Origin: an uncultured Clostridium sp.
GTDB lineage: Bacteria; Bacillota; Clostridia; TANB77; CAG-508
Assembly: GCA_948470025.1 (NCBI GenBank)
Contig: CAOKNG010000002.1
Span: forward strand, 8,153-72,152
DNA length: 64,000 bases
Direction of reading: 5' to 3'
Shown here one piece after another: positions 22,563-32,454 of the stretch (position 1 is its first letter; every line of letters starts with the position of its first letter). The position numbers and the translations under genes are program-made. The notes beneath the pieces were generated by a model, which ran no database searches, was not told where the DNA came from, and worked only from the letters and a program-made list of their open reading frames with translations.

Positions 22563-23617
22563 TTATTCTTCGTCTAAATCAATATAATGATAACTACAAG
22601 CACGAATTAAACGGTTCATAATGGCAAGCCCAATTCCATTTTTTGAAACTCCCTCAATTAGTACCATATCGGCATGATAAGAATCTATTTTTCTAAGAAT
22701 AGAAAAGATATTATGAGATATTTCTAATAAATCGTACTTTGAGCCAACTGTTAAAACATGGCTAATTCCAGAATATTTTTCTACATTTTCATTGTTAGTA
22801 ATCACAAGTGGATTTGAATAATTTTTGGCAAGTTCATTTATTTTATCAACAAGTATATCGTTATCTTTTCCATAAACTAAGAGACATTTGCTATTAGGAG
22901 CATAATGAGAGTGCTTCATACCAGGAGATAAAACAGTATCATTTTCATTACAATCAGTAAAAAGATGAGAATCTAAAGTAACTTTTCCAGTAATAGCCAA
23001 TAATTGCTCCTTGGTAATAGCGCCAGGTCTAAGAATATGAGGAACGTCATTGATAACTTTTACGACAGTAGATTCTAACCCAATTTGGCATGGACCACCA
23101 TCTACAATATAGTCTACTTTATCACCAAGTTCTCTTATAATATCAGAAATCATAGTACCACTAGGTTTTCCAGAAATATTAGCAGATGGTGCAGCAATTG
23201 GCACACCTGCCTTTTTAATAATCTCTTTTGCAATCTGATTTTCTGGCATACGAATAGCAACCGTATCAAGTCCAGCTGTTACGGTATCTGGGACTAAACT
23301 AGTGCGGTTTACAATTAGAGTAAAAGGTCCAGGAAAGAAAGTATCCATTAATTTTTTTTCCACAGAAGATAGGTTAATTGTGAGTTTATCGACCATCATT
23401 TTATCACAAATGTGTAAAATAAGGGGATTATCAGAAGTTCTTCCTTTAGCCTCATAAATTTTTTTACAAGCATTACCATCAAGTCCATTGGTACCAATAC
23501 CATAGACCGTTTCTGTAGGAAATACAACTAACTTTCCGTTCTCGGATGGCTTGTCCTAACTCATCAAAAATACTTTCATCATGATTTTTTGTTACATCAA
23601 TATATTTTGCACGCATG
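22563..23617 (-). CDS. tsaC: L-threonylcarbamoyladenylate synthase (TsaC/Sua5/YwlC); +1 shift at CGG (minus) 23539-23537
   Basis: Upstream part from ATG 23617 reads MRAKYIDV...[47 protein letters not shown] and joins ORF 22563..23399. Confidence 0.8.
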
Positions 23618-23639
23618 CTTTTCCCTCTTTTCTGTTTTC

Positions 23640-23690
23640 TTTTAACGCATAGCCATTCTTTTTAATCGCCAAAGGCGATTAGACAATCAT
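23640..23690. repeat. palindromic repeat CATAGCCATTNTTTNTAATCGCCAAAGGCGATTA
   Basis: Second copy at 55978-56020. Confidence 0.6.
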
Positions 23691-23771
23691 TTATATTATA
23701 TACCATCTTTGAAATATTTACAACTTGGTGACAATGTGATATAGTAAACAAAGAGAAAAGAGGATATTATC

Positions 23772-24275
23772 ATGGATAAAGAAGAAATATTTGTAGCAAT
23801 TGATGTAGAAACAACAGGTTTTTCACCATTTGCTAATGAGTTAATTGAAGTAAGTGCGATTAAGTATCAAGGGGGTAAAAAAATCGATACCTTTTCGACA
23901 TTAATCAAACCAAAAACACGAATACCATATCATATTACAAAGATTACAGGAATTACGAATGATATGGTACAAAATGCACCAATGGTAGAAGAGGTTATGC
24001 CAAAACTAGTTGAATTTGTAGGCGGAGTGGATATTGTTGCACATAATGCGGATTTTGACTACAAATTCATACAAAACTATTCGAATTATGGGTTTTCAAA
24101 AAATAAAGTAATTGACACAGTACCAATTGGAAGAAAATTATACCCAGAACTTCCAAACCATAAATTAGGAACCATTGCAAGGCATATAGGAATTACAGAA
24201 GATGGTTTCCATAGGGCAGAATTTGACTGTGAATGTTGTGCGAAAATTTATATGGAATATTTGAAGGTAGTATAA
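23772..24275 (+). CDS. DnaQ-like 3'-5' exonuclease (DEDDh)
   Basis: IDVETTGF and HNADFD motifs. Confidence 0.75.
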   Translation: MDKEEIFVAIDVETTGFSPFANELIEVSAIKYQGGKKIDTFSTLIKPKTRIPYHITKITGITNDMVQNAPMVEEVMPKLVEFVGGVDIVAHNADFDYKFIQNYSNYGFSKNKVIDTVPIGRKLYPELPNHKLGTIARHIGITEDGFHRAEFDCECCAKIYMEYLKVV

Positions 24276-24323
24276 AAATATTCGTTTGAAAAAATTGCAA
24301 TGTAATAGATAGGAGGAAAGGTA

Positions 24324-24572
24324 ATGGAGTATCGTTATAGGACAAGTGGAACTTGTTCAAAAGAGATGATGATTGAAGTGGAAGGAGATGTTGTAAAAAG
24401 AGTAACCATTGTTGGTGGTTGTGCTGGAAATACAATAGGAATTAGTAAATTGGTAGAAGGAATGAAAGTGGATGAAGTGATTAAGCGATTAAAAGGAATA
24501 CCTTGTGGAAGTAAAGGAACGTCTTGTCCAGACCAGTTAGCAAAGGCATTAGAGGAAATGAAGAAACAATAA
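24324..24572 (+). CDS. TSCPD-domain protein
   Basis: KGTSCPDQLAKAL motif, 82 aa. Confidence 0.7.
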   Translation: MEYRYRTSGTCSKEMMIEVEGDVVKRVTIVGGCAGNTIGISKLVEGMKVDEVIKRLKGIPCGSKGTSCPDQLAKALEEMKKQ

Positions 24573-24594
24573 AGAATATATTTTTGGAGGGAGT

Positions 24595-25345
24595 ATGAAA
24601 GCATTAGTAACAGGAGCATCTTCTGGAATTGGAAGAGATATAGCAAGATATCTAAGTAGTTTAGGATATGACATTGTTGCAGTAGCAAGAGGGGGAGAGG
24701 CACTTAGTAAGTTGAAGGAAGAATTGCCAACCAAAGTGGAAGTGATAAGTGTGGATTTATCCGATGAAAAAGCATGTAAAGGCTTATATGAAACGGTAAA
24801 ACATAAAAAAATTGATGTATTAGTAAACAATGCAGGTTTTGGCGATTTTGGAGAATTTACCAATACGGATTTAGAAAAAGAATTGGATATGATTAATGTC
24901 AATATTAAGGCGGTTCATATTTTAACAAAGCTATTTTTGAGGTATATGGTAAAAAAGGATAAAGGCTATATTCTAAATGTAGCATCTATTGCAGGGTTTA
25001 TGCCAGGACCATTAATGGCAACCTACTATTCTACAAAAGCATATATTGTAAGATTAACGCGGAAGTATTGATACAGAATTAAAAAAGAAAAAATCACATG
25101 TCAAAATTAGTGCATTATGCCCAGGTCCAGTGAACACGAATTTTAATAAAGTGGCCAAAGTAAAATTTAATTTAAAAGGACAATCAAGTGAGTTTGTAGC
25201 AAAATATGGGGTTGATGAAATGTTCAAAGGAAAAACGATTATTTTACCAGGAGGAAAAATAAAAATAGCAAGATTTTTAGCAAAAATATCGCCAGAAAAA
25301 CTAGTAGCAAGAATTTGTATGAAAATGCAAGAAAAGAAAATGTAA
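24595..25345 (+). CDS. short-chain dehydrogenase/reductase; +1 shift at CGG 25060-25062
   Basis: TGASSGIG ... NNAG ... YSTKAYIVRLT-G-SIDTELKKEKSHVKISALCPGPVNTNF joins ORFs 24595..25071 and 25130..25345. Confidence 0.8.
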
Positions 25346-25529
25346 GAAAATAGATGAAAAATGTATAAAATAAAAATAGAATTTTATACATTTTTTTTGC
25401 AAAAAAAGAGTAAAAATAATACGAAAAACGTAAAATTTGTAAAAAATTAAAAAAAATTGCATTTTTTTGTAACGAAATGGTAAAAAAATGACTCTTATAT
25501 AGTGAAGAAAAAATATAGGAGGATTTTTT

Positions 25530-26276
25530 ATGAGTCGATTAATTATTTTGCAAGAAAATTTGGAATTTACAAGGAAGGTATGGAATTATTTAATGGCAAA
25601 GGATGAAAAATTGTACTTATCCAGTATAGCAGTAAATAGTGAGGAAGCTCTTGAAAAAATGTCTGAGCTAGACCAAGAGGATATTGTACTATTAGATTTC
25701 GACATAAAAAGTGTGGATGCTTTTGAATTATTTCGAAATATAAAAAGGCGTAAAAGACCATTACCATACATAATTGCAATGAGTGGACAAGGCAAGGTGG
25801 TAGAAAGGTTACGAAAATATAGTACATATTTTTATGCTAGTCTTAACAAGCCATTTCCATTTAATGCAGTGATTCATATGATTGAAAAAATTATATATGA
25901 AATTATGCCAAAAACAACAGAAGATTTAATCAAGGCAGAACTACGTAAATTCGACATAATTGCAACAACAAAAGGATATAAGTATATTGCAGAAGCGGTT
26001 CTGCTTTCTTTAGAAAATGAAATTTTACTAAAGGACATGAGAAATGGCTTATACAAAGTTATGGCAGAAAAAAGAGGAGATATTGATGGGGATAATGTAA
26101 AATGGACGATTGAAAAAATGATTCGTTCTATTAAAAGGTATACAAATGCAAGATTAATGAAATCATATTTTTATGTGATAGACATAGAAGAAGTAACACC
26201 AAAACGTTTTATTAGTACGATTGTAGAAAAAGTACAGGACAAGCTAGAACAAGAAGAGGTAAAAGAAAAGATATAA
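25530..26276 (+). CDS. Spo0A C-terminal-domain-like regulator with degenerate receiver domain
   Basis: C-terminal KGYKYIAEAVLLSLENEILLKDMRNGLYKVMAEKRG...VKWTIEKMIRSI resembles the Spo0A_C DNA-binding domain. N-terminus lacks the acidic pocket (QEN in place of DD). Confidence 0.55.
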   Translation: MSRLIILQENLEFTRKVWNYLMAKDEKLYLSSIAVNSEEALEKMSELDQEDIVLLDFDIKSVDAFELFRNIKRRKRPLPYIIAMSGQGKVVERLRKYSTYFYASLNKPFPFNAVIHMIEKIIYEIMPKTTEDLIKAELRKFDIIATTKGYKYIAEAVLLSLENEILLKDMRNGLYKVMAEKRGDIDGDNVKWTIEKMIRSIKRYTNARLMKSYFYVIDIEEVTPKRFISTIVEKVQDKLEQEEVKEKI

Positions 26277-26315
26277 AAATCAAAATACGAATCTTGATAC
26301 TTTTTTCTTAGTTAG

Positions 26316-26386
26316 TGTAAAATTTTAGTAGGCAAATTTTTGATATTAATTTTTAAGAAATTAGTAAGCAAAAATGCCTACTAATT
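26316..26386. promoter_or_regulatory. inverted repeat TTAGTAGGCA ... TGCCTACTAA (10-bp arms, about 40-bp spacer) upstream of the first prophage gene
   Basis: Direct inspection. Confidence 0.4.
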
Positions 26387-26410
26387 TTTTTATGGAAAGG
26401 AGGAAGTATT

Positions 26411-26677
26411 ATGCAAAATTCAATGATTATGGACTTACAATACGTAGGATACAGATATTTTGTATCTAAAGACAAAACAAAAACATATTACCAATTACAA
26501 TTCCTAATTTGCCAACAAAATGAAACTAACACACAAATGCAAACTGGTGTTACAAATGTTTTTGTTACAGAAAGTCAATACAAAGAGTTTATAAACAACA
26601 AGCAGATAGGACAAAAATATCAAGTCAAAATCAGTGTAGACTTAATAAACGACAGAATACATAAAGAGGTGTTATAG
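26411..26677 (+). CDS. phage hypothetical protein (size and position fit a pV-like ssDNA-binding protein)
   Basis: 88 aa, RBS aaaggagg. No motif-level support. Confidence 0.35.
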   Translation: MQNSMIMDLQYVGYRYFVSKDKTKTYYQLQFLICQQNETNTQMQTGVTNVFVTESQYKEFINNKQIGQKYQVKISVDLINDRIHKEVL

Positions 26678-26678
26678 A

Positions 26679-26828
26679 ATGGCACAAATGGAATTATTAC
26701 AAGGTATATATGACTTTTGTTACATTACCCTATTTCCAGTTGTAAACCTAATTACAGGATTATTACAGTTTCTTATTGTGGGTATTGTACTTTATGTCCT
26801 ATATAAATTATTCAACTTATTTTTTTAA
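26679..26828 (+). CDS. small hydrophobic phage protein (minor coat pVII/pIX-like)
   Basis: 49 aa, single TM, RBS aaagagg. Confidence 0.4.
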   Translation: MAQMELLQGIYDFCYITLFPVVNLITGLLQFLIVGIVLYVLYKLFNLFF

Positions 26829-26851
26829 AAATAAGAGAAAGGAGGAAAAAT

Positions 26852-26998
26852 ATGTTTGAAGGAATTACAGCAGCAACTTTCAATGGTGTATTAGACACAA
26901 TTAAGGATTTAATCCCTATTGTCATTCCAGCCGTTGTCGGTTTCGTGGCTTTTCGTAAAGGTTGGTCTTTCTTAAAAGGCGAAGTAAAAAAGGCTTAA
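26852..26998 (+). CDS. inovirus major coat protein (pVIII-like)
   Basis: 48 aa: amphipathic N-terminus, hydrophobic core, basic C-terminus FRKGWSFLKGEVKKA. Strong RBS aaaggagg. Confidence 0.6.
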   Translation: MFEGITAATFNGVLDTIKDLIPIVIPAVVGFVAFRKGWSFLKGEVKKA

Positions 26999-27059
26999 TT
27001 GTAGGCTTAGGTTAATAGCCTAAGCCTTTTCAATATTCTTTAAACATATATATAAAGTC

Positions 27060-28287
27060 ATGAAAATAAAAAATAAATTTATAATTATTATGATTTTACT
27101 TACAATAATTTCGACATTTTATTGTATTTCATCACAAGCCTTTACATACACGAACGAAAATACGCAATACAAAACATACAATTTTGGAAATTTAGTAGGT
27201 ATTGAAGAAGGACAAGAACCGCCACATTATTATATCGACTGGCTTAATAATTGGCAGGATTGGACGAGGGTGTATTATACAACAAACGAAACAGATAAAA
27301 TGATACTAATTAATGAAACAGATGAATATTACGAATTCGGATTTTTTAATAAAGAAGGAAAACGAATTCAGTGCTACATATGGGGTGGGCGTGACCCGTA
27401 TTTAAGAGGACAGGCTACATGTTACCAGAACGAATTGATTAGCAATAACATTCAAATACCAAAAGATTTCGAACAAAATCCAACGATTGCGATAAAAGGA
27501 AAAATATATAATCAAGATGGTACAATTTTTTTTCCAGTACCGCCACAGACGTTGGGGAAAATAATGGGGACAACGTTCAAGACGGCGGACATGATGGGGA
27601 CAATGAAAACAATGATAATTGGTTTTCTAAAATATTTAATAGCATTTGTAATCTTGGTAGTAGCATTTTGGAAGGGTTGGCAGTTCCTTTTAAAGCATTT
27701 CAGGAAGGCTTAGACGCAATAGGAAAATTTCTAGGGGAAATCTTAAGTTACTTAAACCCATTCAGTGAGAATTTTTTTGTTTACAAACTGATACAACTAT
27801 TGGGAAATTTATTTAGTGGCTTATTTGTGAATATTGGAACAATTTTAAACTATATAAATCCATTTAGCGAAGACTTTATTTTAAAAGGTGTACTTGACTT
27901 TTTTCGGACAAATAATAAGTTACCTAAACCCATTTAGCGAAAATTTTTTTGTATACAAATTAATCGAATTACTAGGCGATTTATTGAAATGGCTATTTGT
28001 GCCAACCGAAAACAGTTTCGAGCAATTGCAAAGCAAAGTAAACGACAAATTTTATTTCATACACCAGATAAGCGATATGTTTTCAAGTTTACTCGGAAAT
28101 GTAAATTACGGAGGAAATCCGCCTACATTTTCGATTACTTACTATCGGACAAACGCTTAATATTATCGACTTTAGTTTATTTATGGATTACCGTGTCTGG
28201 TTGCATGGCATTATTTTGGCAATTTCTTGGTTTTTGTTTATTAGACGATTATTTAATAAGTTACCAAGTGTTATTGGGGGTGTGTAA
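27060..28287 (+). CDS. pIII-like adsorption/minor coat protein; needs a -1 event at U_UUU_UUU (27527-27533) and +1 shifts at CGG 27905-27907 and 28146-28148
   Basis: Signal peptide, N-domain, acidic Gly/Asn/Asp linker GENNGDNVQDGGHDGDNENNDNW. Three tandem SYLNPFSENFFVYKLIQLLG repeats. C-terminal TM anchor plus basic tail appears only after the second CGG shift. TAAAATG stop-start overlap with the next gene. Confidence 0.5.
27527..27533 (+). other. candidate -1 programmed frameshift slippery heptamer U_UUU_UUU in the zero frame of the pIII-like gene
   Basis: Frame -1 opens at 27512 just before the site and lacks any start codon until 27668. Possible stimulatory hairpin ACGTTG...CAACGT 9 nt downstream. 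Unshifted product ends 27713 with its own TM anchor. Confidence 0.4.
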
Positions 28288-28288
28288 A

Positions 28289-28543
28289 ATGATTACAAAA
28301 TTAATTATCGATTTTTTATTGCTACTTCCCAATGCCTTGTTGGACTTAGTACCACATTTGGAAATAGCAATTCCAGACGGTGTATTCAATAGTTTAAACA
28401 ATATTCTTGGATTACTTGGTTTTGTATTTCCTGTAAAAGGATTACTTGTCATTATTACTACATCAATATCAATAAAACTATTCCATATTGTTTGGGCATT
28501 AATACTAAGAATAAAAAGTTTTATACCAACAGAGGGAAATTAA
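28289..28543 (+). CDS. pVI-like small hydrophobic phage protein
   Basis: 84 aa, highly hydrophobic. ATG overlaps the pIII stop (GTGTAAAATG). Confidence 0.45.
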   Translation: MITKLIIDFLLLLPNALLDLVPHLEIAIPDGVFNSLNNILGLLGFVFPVKGLLVIITTSISIKLFHIVWALILRIKSFIPTEGN

Positions 28544-28735
28544 CGCAAACGCTTGAATTTTGGAAACGAACCGTAGGTCGTGCAAAATTCAAGTGTATTT
28601 GCAGAAAGGATTTGAAAATGGAAAGAATATATATTTATTTGATTTTTTTTATATTAGGTTACATTTACGCACATATAACAATTCGATTTGCTTTTAAGCT
28701 AATACCAAAAACAAAAAATACAAAGGAGTGCTAAT

Positions 28736-29597
28736 ATGTGGGGATTTATATTTTTTATTATAAAATGGATTTTCATAATATTAAGTCCGTTTTTGATAAG
28801 TTATATCATACATTTTCTTTATTACTATTTTGTGAAAAATATGCGATTTAAACAAGGAAAATATAAATATGTATCGCATGGTTCTATTCTTAAAAGATTA
28901 ATACTTCAATTTCCTAAACAACTTGTGATTGATAGATTCAATCGCGACCCAGACCGTTTCACAGAATATGGAGTACATATTATTGCAGGAAAGCAACGGC
29001 AAAGGAAAAAGCATAACACTAACGTATATGCTTATGAGATATCAAAAAATGTATCCTAAGATAAAAATAAAAACAAATTATTATTATGAGTTTGAAGATG
29101 CAAGGATAGGACATTGGAAAGATGTAATCAACGGAACGAATGGCATATATGGAGAGATTGACGTATTAGATGAGATACAAAATTGGTTTAACAGTTTACA
29201 AAGCAAAGACTTCCCACCAGAAATGCTTACAGAAATAACGCAACAAAGAAAGCAAACAAAAATGATATTAGGTACTAGCCAAGTATTCACTAGATTAGCA
29301 AAACCAATTCGAGAGCAAACATATATGCTATACGAACCTAACACGTTATTCGGTTGTTTGACGTTTGTGAGAAAATATGAAATCGAAACCAATGCAGACG
29401 GCTTGGCAGATATAAAAAAATATCGTGGTTGTTTCTTTTTCATACAAAACGAAGAATTACGAAATGCATTTGACACATACCGAAAAATTGAAAGCCTTTC
29501 GGAAGAAGGTTTCAAAAGTGAAGAAGAACAAATAAGAAATGATAGCACAAATTCAATTTCTATTGATATACCAATTAACAAAATAAAATTAAAATAG
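28736..29597 (+). CDS. Zot/pI-like phage assembly P-loop NTPase; +1 shift at CGG 28997-28999 inside Walker A
   Basis: ORFs 28736..29059 and 28929..29597 join as HIIAGKQ-G-KGKSITLTYM (GxxGxGKS). DEIQNWF and ITQ motifs typical of the Zot family. RBS aggag. Confidence 0.7.
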
Positions 29598-29775
29598 TGT
29601 GTTTTAGAGGCGGAATGCTACAAAGAAAAGCCCCGATATGCGGGGGAAGAGATTAGACGGAAAATACCTCTATGTTGTTCTTCCGTCTTCTCGATGGGGG
29701 ATAGCCCCCATAGTGGCAAGCTGTCGGCGTTTGAGACAAAAAAAGATATAGAGGACTAATCCTCTATATCGATTG
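29598..29775. promoter_or_regulatory. phage intergenic region with at least four GC-rich hairpins (candidate packaging signal / ssDNA origin)
   Basis: Stems CCCCG/CGGGG, AGACGGAA/TTCCGTCT, ATGGGGG/CCCCCAT, and 11-bp GATATAGAGGA/TCCTCTATATC. Confidence 0.45.
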
Positions 29776-29938
29776 CTAGACTGAGCATTTTTAGGACGAA
29801 ATCCATGGTTTCAATACCGCCTTTGTAATACATTTCAAAGTTTGGATTGTTAACTTCTTTTAATGCTTTTTCTTGTCTAGTTTTTTCTTCTTTAAATTTT
29901 TGAACCATGTAGGTAGTTGTTATTATCTTTTTTGACAT
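29756..29938 (-). CDS. small phage hypothetical protein
   Basis: 60 aa from the internal ATG with RBS aggaag. Confidence 0.3.
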   Translation of the reverse strand: MSKKIITTTYMVQKFKEEKTRQEKALKEVNNPNFEMYYKGGIETMDFVLKMLSLAIDIED

Positions 29939-30271
29939 TTTCTTCACTTCCTTTCTGGATTTATTCAATTTTCAATGTGCTTTTAAGCTAACATTGAAAC
30001 AACATATTTTGACGAAAAATCAAACAATACTTCTTTGGGTTTATGACCTTGATTTTTCACAAAGTCAAAACATGTTACCCTGAAAATGCTTAAAAGTACA
30101 TTGAAAATTAATAAAAGAAAGAAATTAGAAAAAGGAAAGAGATTTGAATATGCAGTAACAAATTACAGCCAAACGGCGTTTGAGTGTAGAAACTTCGAAG
30201 GCATGTTTTCCTACCTAGAGCAAATTTGTTTTAGCAGAAAACAAATTTGTTCCATGTGGAAAATAAAATAA

Positions 30272-30330
30272 TAAAAAACGGTAGGGTTCTTAGTAACACC
30301 CTACGAGAGTCTCATATATGAGACTATTTT
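30272..30330. promoter_or_regulatory. hairpin pair upstream of the RCR initiator gene (GTAGGGT...ACCCTAC and 9-bp perfect AGTCTCATA/TATGAGACT)
   Basis: Candidate origin or operator. Shares GGGTTCTTA with the two-hairpin repeat family. Confidence 0.35.
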
Positions 30331-30349
30331 ATAAAAAAGAGGTTATAAT

Positions 30350-31380
30350 ATGATAGATACAATTAAAATCATATCCATGATAAATAAAGATACCTATGAT
30401 AAAATATCCAATAATAGCATAATAAAGACAAGCTATAAAAAGAGTACCAAAGAGATATTTTACGAAATTGTCAACGACCATTTAGAACGGTTCTTATTCT
30501 TCTAGTCTTAGTGTAAGAGTTGGTCAAGGTGCTAAGTATAAGTTTATAGTTCAATATTACATTGAAATTGAACGGTAGTTATCACAAGTTGGTAAATGGT
30601 TACAATAGCCATAATGGATATTACAATATCTATTCAATTTGTGAAAAACTTATACAAATTGTAAATAACTACTATGATATAGTTCTTCCAAGTATACAAC
30701 ATTGGTTCTTGCAAAGAGTAGACATTGCAATTTGTTATGACTTGCAGAACAACGAAAATGTGCGAAAATATATCAACAATCTTTCTAAGTGTCAATATCC
30801 CAGACGAAATATAAAAACATACCAAGACGAAAGTATTTACCTTACAGGAAGTACGACAACATTAAAAATATACAATAAACTACTAGAATTCAAAAAGCAT
30901 GATTTGAAAAAAATGAAGGACACAAATTTTGACATATTCTCATATTTAAAAGAAATCGACGGATTTGTGCGTTTTGAGTGTGAAATTAAAAAGAAAAAAT
31001 TGACCAATTTATATAACAAAAAATTTATACGTATAAGGAATGTAAATTACAAAGAATTGAAAAAAGTGTGGTGTGAGGAATTTATGAAATTATTAAAACT
31101 ATTTGATACAGATTTGAGTATTATAAATGATAAAAAAGCAATCGAACAAAGATTATATACTTTATATAAAGAACGAAAAGCGAGTATATTATACAATTTT
31201 TATTTATCAATTATGGTGGACGGATTGCAGGAAGTACGAAAACGTACCACAAAACCTACATATTATCGAAACCTTGCAGAATTAAAAAAAGCAAATATTG
31301 ATTTTTCGCAGACGTACAAAATAGATTTAAAAAAAGAAATTGTGGAATTTAACCCATTCGAATATAAGGAAGTAGTATAA
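30350..31380 (+). CDS. phage rolling-circle replication initiator (pII/Phage_CRI-like); +1 shifts at CGG 30488-30490 and 30573-30575
   Basis: MIDTIKI...HLE-G-SYSSSLSVRVGQGAKYKFIVQYYIEIE-G-SYHKLVNGYN... continues into ORF 30562..31380. RBS aaagagg. Confidence 0.55.
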
Positions 31381-31410
31381 AAGACATATCATAATGATAT
31401 GTCTATAACT

Positions 31411-31674
31411 TTATTTTTCATATTTTATTATATCTGATATATCACAATTTAATACATAGCAAATTCGAGATAATAAGTCAAAATCGGCTCTTGTTATTTG
31501 ATTAGCAACATATCTTTTCATAGTTTCAAACTTTGTTCCAGTTAAAACGGCTAATTTGTTAATTGTCATGTCATTATCAAGATTTTCGTTATATTTTTTC
31601 ATCATCATTTTATCAATTTTTAAAACCATTTTCCCATAATTTACAGTACTAGTTTGTATTATTGCTCTTTCCAT
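31411..31674 (-). CDS. XRE-family HTH regulator (phage repressor-like)
   Basis: HTH INKLAVLTGTKFETMKRYVANQ. Confidence 0.7.
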   Translation of the reverse strand: MERAIIQTSTVNYGKMVLKIDKMMMKKYNENLDNDMTINKLAVLTGTKFETMKRYVANQITRADFDLLSRICYVLNCDISDIIKYEK

Positions 31675-31793
31675 TTCCTCACCTTCAAGAATATTTTAAC
31701 AGTAAATAACCGATTTGACATTTACCATTTTATGGTATAACATATAACAGTATAACCAATATATGGTAATTCAAACAAAGGAGGAAGAGAAGA

Positions 31794-32051
31794 ATGAAAA
31801 GTACAGGAATTATAAGAAAGGTTGATGAATTGGGAAGGGTTGTTATTCCAAAAGAAATCCGTGAGATATTAGAAATAATGGAAGGAACACCAATGGAAGT
31901 TTTTGTCGAGGGTTCTATGGTTATTTTCAAAAAGTATGAAACTAATTGTTTTTTTTGTTCATCATCAAAAAAACTCATTTCATATAATGGAAAATTAGTT
32001 TGTTCAAAATGTGCAGAAAAAAATTCGAATATTGCCAATACTAGTAAGTAA
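31794..32051 (+). CDS. AbrB-family swapped-hairpin regulator with C-terminal CxxC...CxxC module
   Basis: MKSTGIIRKVDELGRVVIPKEIR nearly identical to the AbrB N-domain. C-terminus carries four Cys (C-x2-C-x13-C-x2-C). Confidence 0.75.
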   Translation: MKSTGIIRKVDELGRVVIPKEIREILEIMEGTPMEVFVEGSMVIFKKYETNCFFCSSSKKLISYNGKLVCSKCAEKNSNIANTSK

Positions 32052-32147
32052 TTTAAAAATTATATCTATAATAAAAACAAAGACTACATATATTGTCTTT
32101 GTTTTTACATTTCTTTCCATTCAATCTCAAAATTATGTAAACTTGCG

Positions 32148-32366
32148 TTAAAATGTATTTTGACCCTCATCTGGTACAAATTCTATTACTTCATCGATAG
32201 TGCAATTTAAAAATGAACAAATTTTGTGAATTGTTTTTAAACTAACAAATTGATTTTTATTCATATCTGTGTATGTTTGTTTTGGAATATTGCATTGTTT
32301 GCGAAAGTCTGATTTACTTATATTTTTATCAATAAGAGTTTTCCATAAAGGATTATAAGAAAACAT
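32148..32366 (-). CDS. XRE-family HTH regulator (Cro-like)
   Basis: 72 aa, HTH ISKSDFRKQCNIPKQTYTDM. Confidence 0.65.
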   Translation of the reverse strand: MFSYNPLWKTLIDKNISKSDFRKQCNIPKQTYTDMNKNQFVSLKTIHKICSFLNCTIDEVIEFVPDEGQNTF

Positions 32367-32454
32367 ATTAATTCCTCCTTATTTTTAACAATATATCATA
32401 AAAAAATATAGAATTCAAGTAGAAATTTCACAAAAAAACGGCTATATTCCTATA

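Noticed and set aside
27526-27533. Treating the T8 run in pIII as a recoding site of the CGG type.
   Set aside because: It is a -1 event at a homopolymer, not a CGG +1 event. It is kept separate as either a slippery-site frameshift candidate or a genuine T9-to-T8 error.
27700-28000. Direct repeats at 27.7-28.0 kb as a possible CRISPR array.
   Set aside because: About 100-nt repeat units with no spacers, all in one open reading frame encoding a repeated peptide. No cas genes. It is a coding tandem repeat.
27989-28543. ORF 27989..28543 as a single 184-aa protein.
   Set aside because: Its N-terminal 100 aa are the basic K/R-rich alternate frame of the pIII coding region. The real gene in this frame is the pVI-like ORF starting at ATG 28289 (stop-start overlap with pIII).
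28492-28734. ORF 28492..28734 (80 aa) as a phage gene.
   Set aside because: The first half overlaps the pVI-like gene in another frame. Only a possible 38-aa hydrophobic peptide from ATG 28618 might be real. Too uncertain to call.
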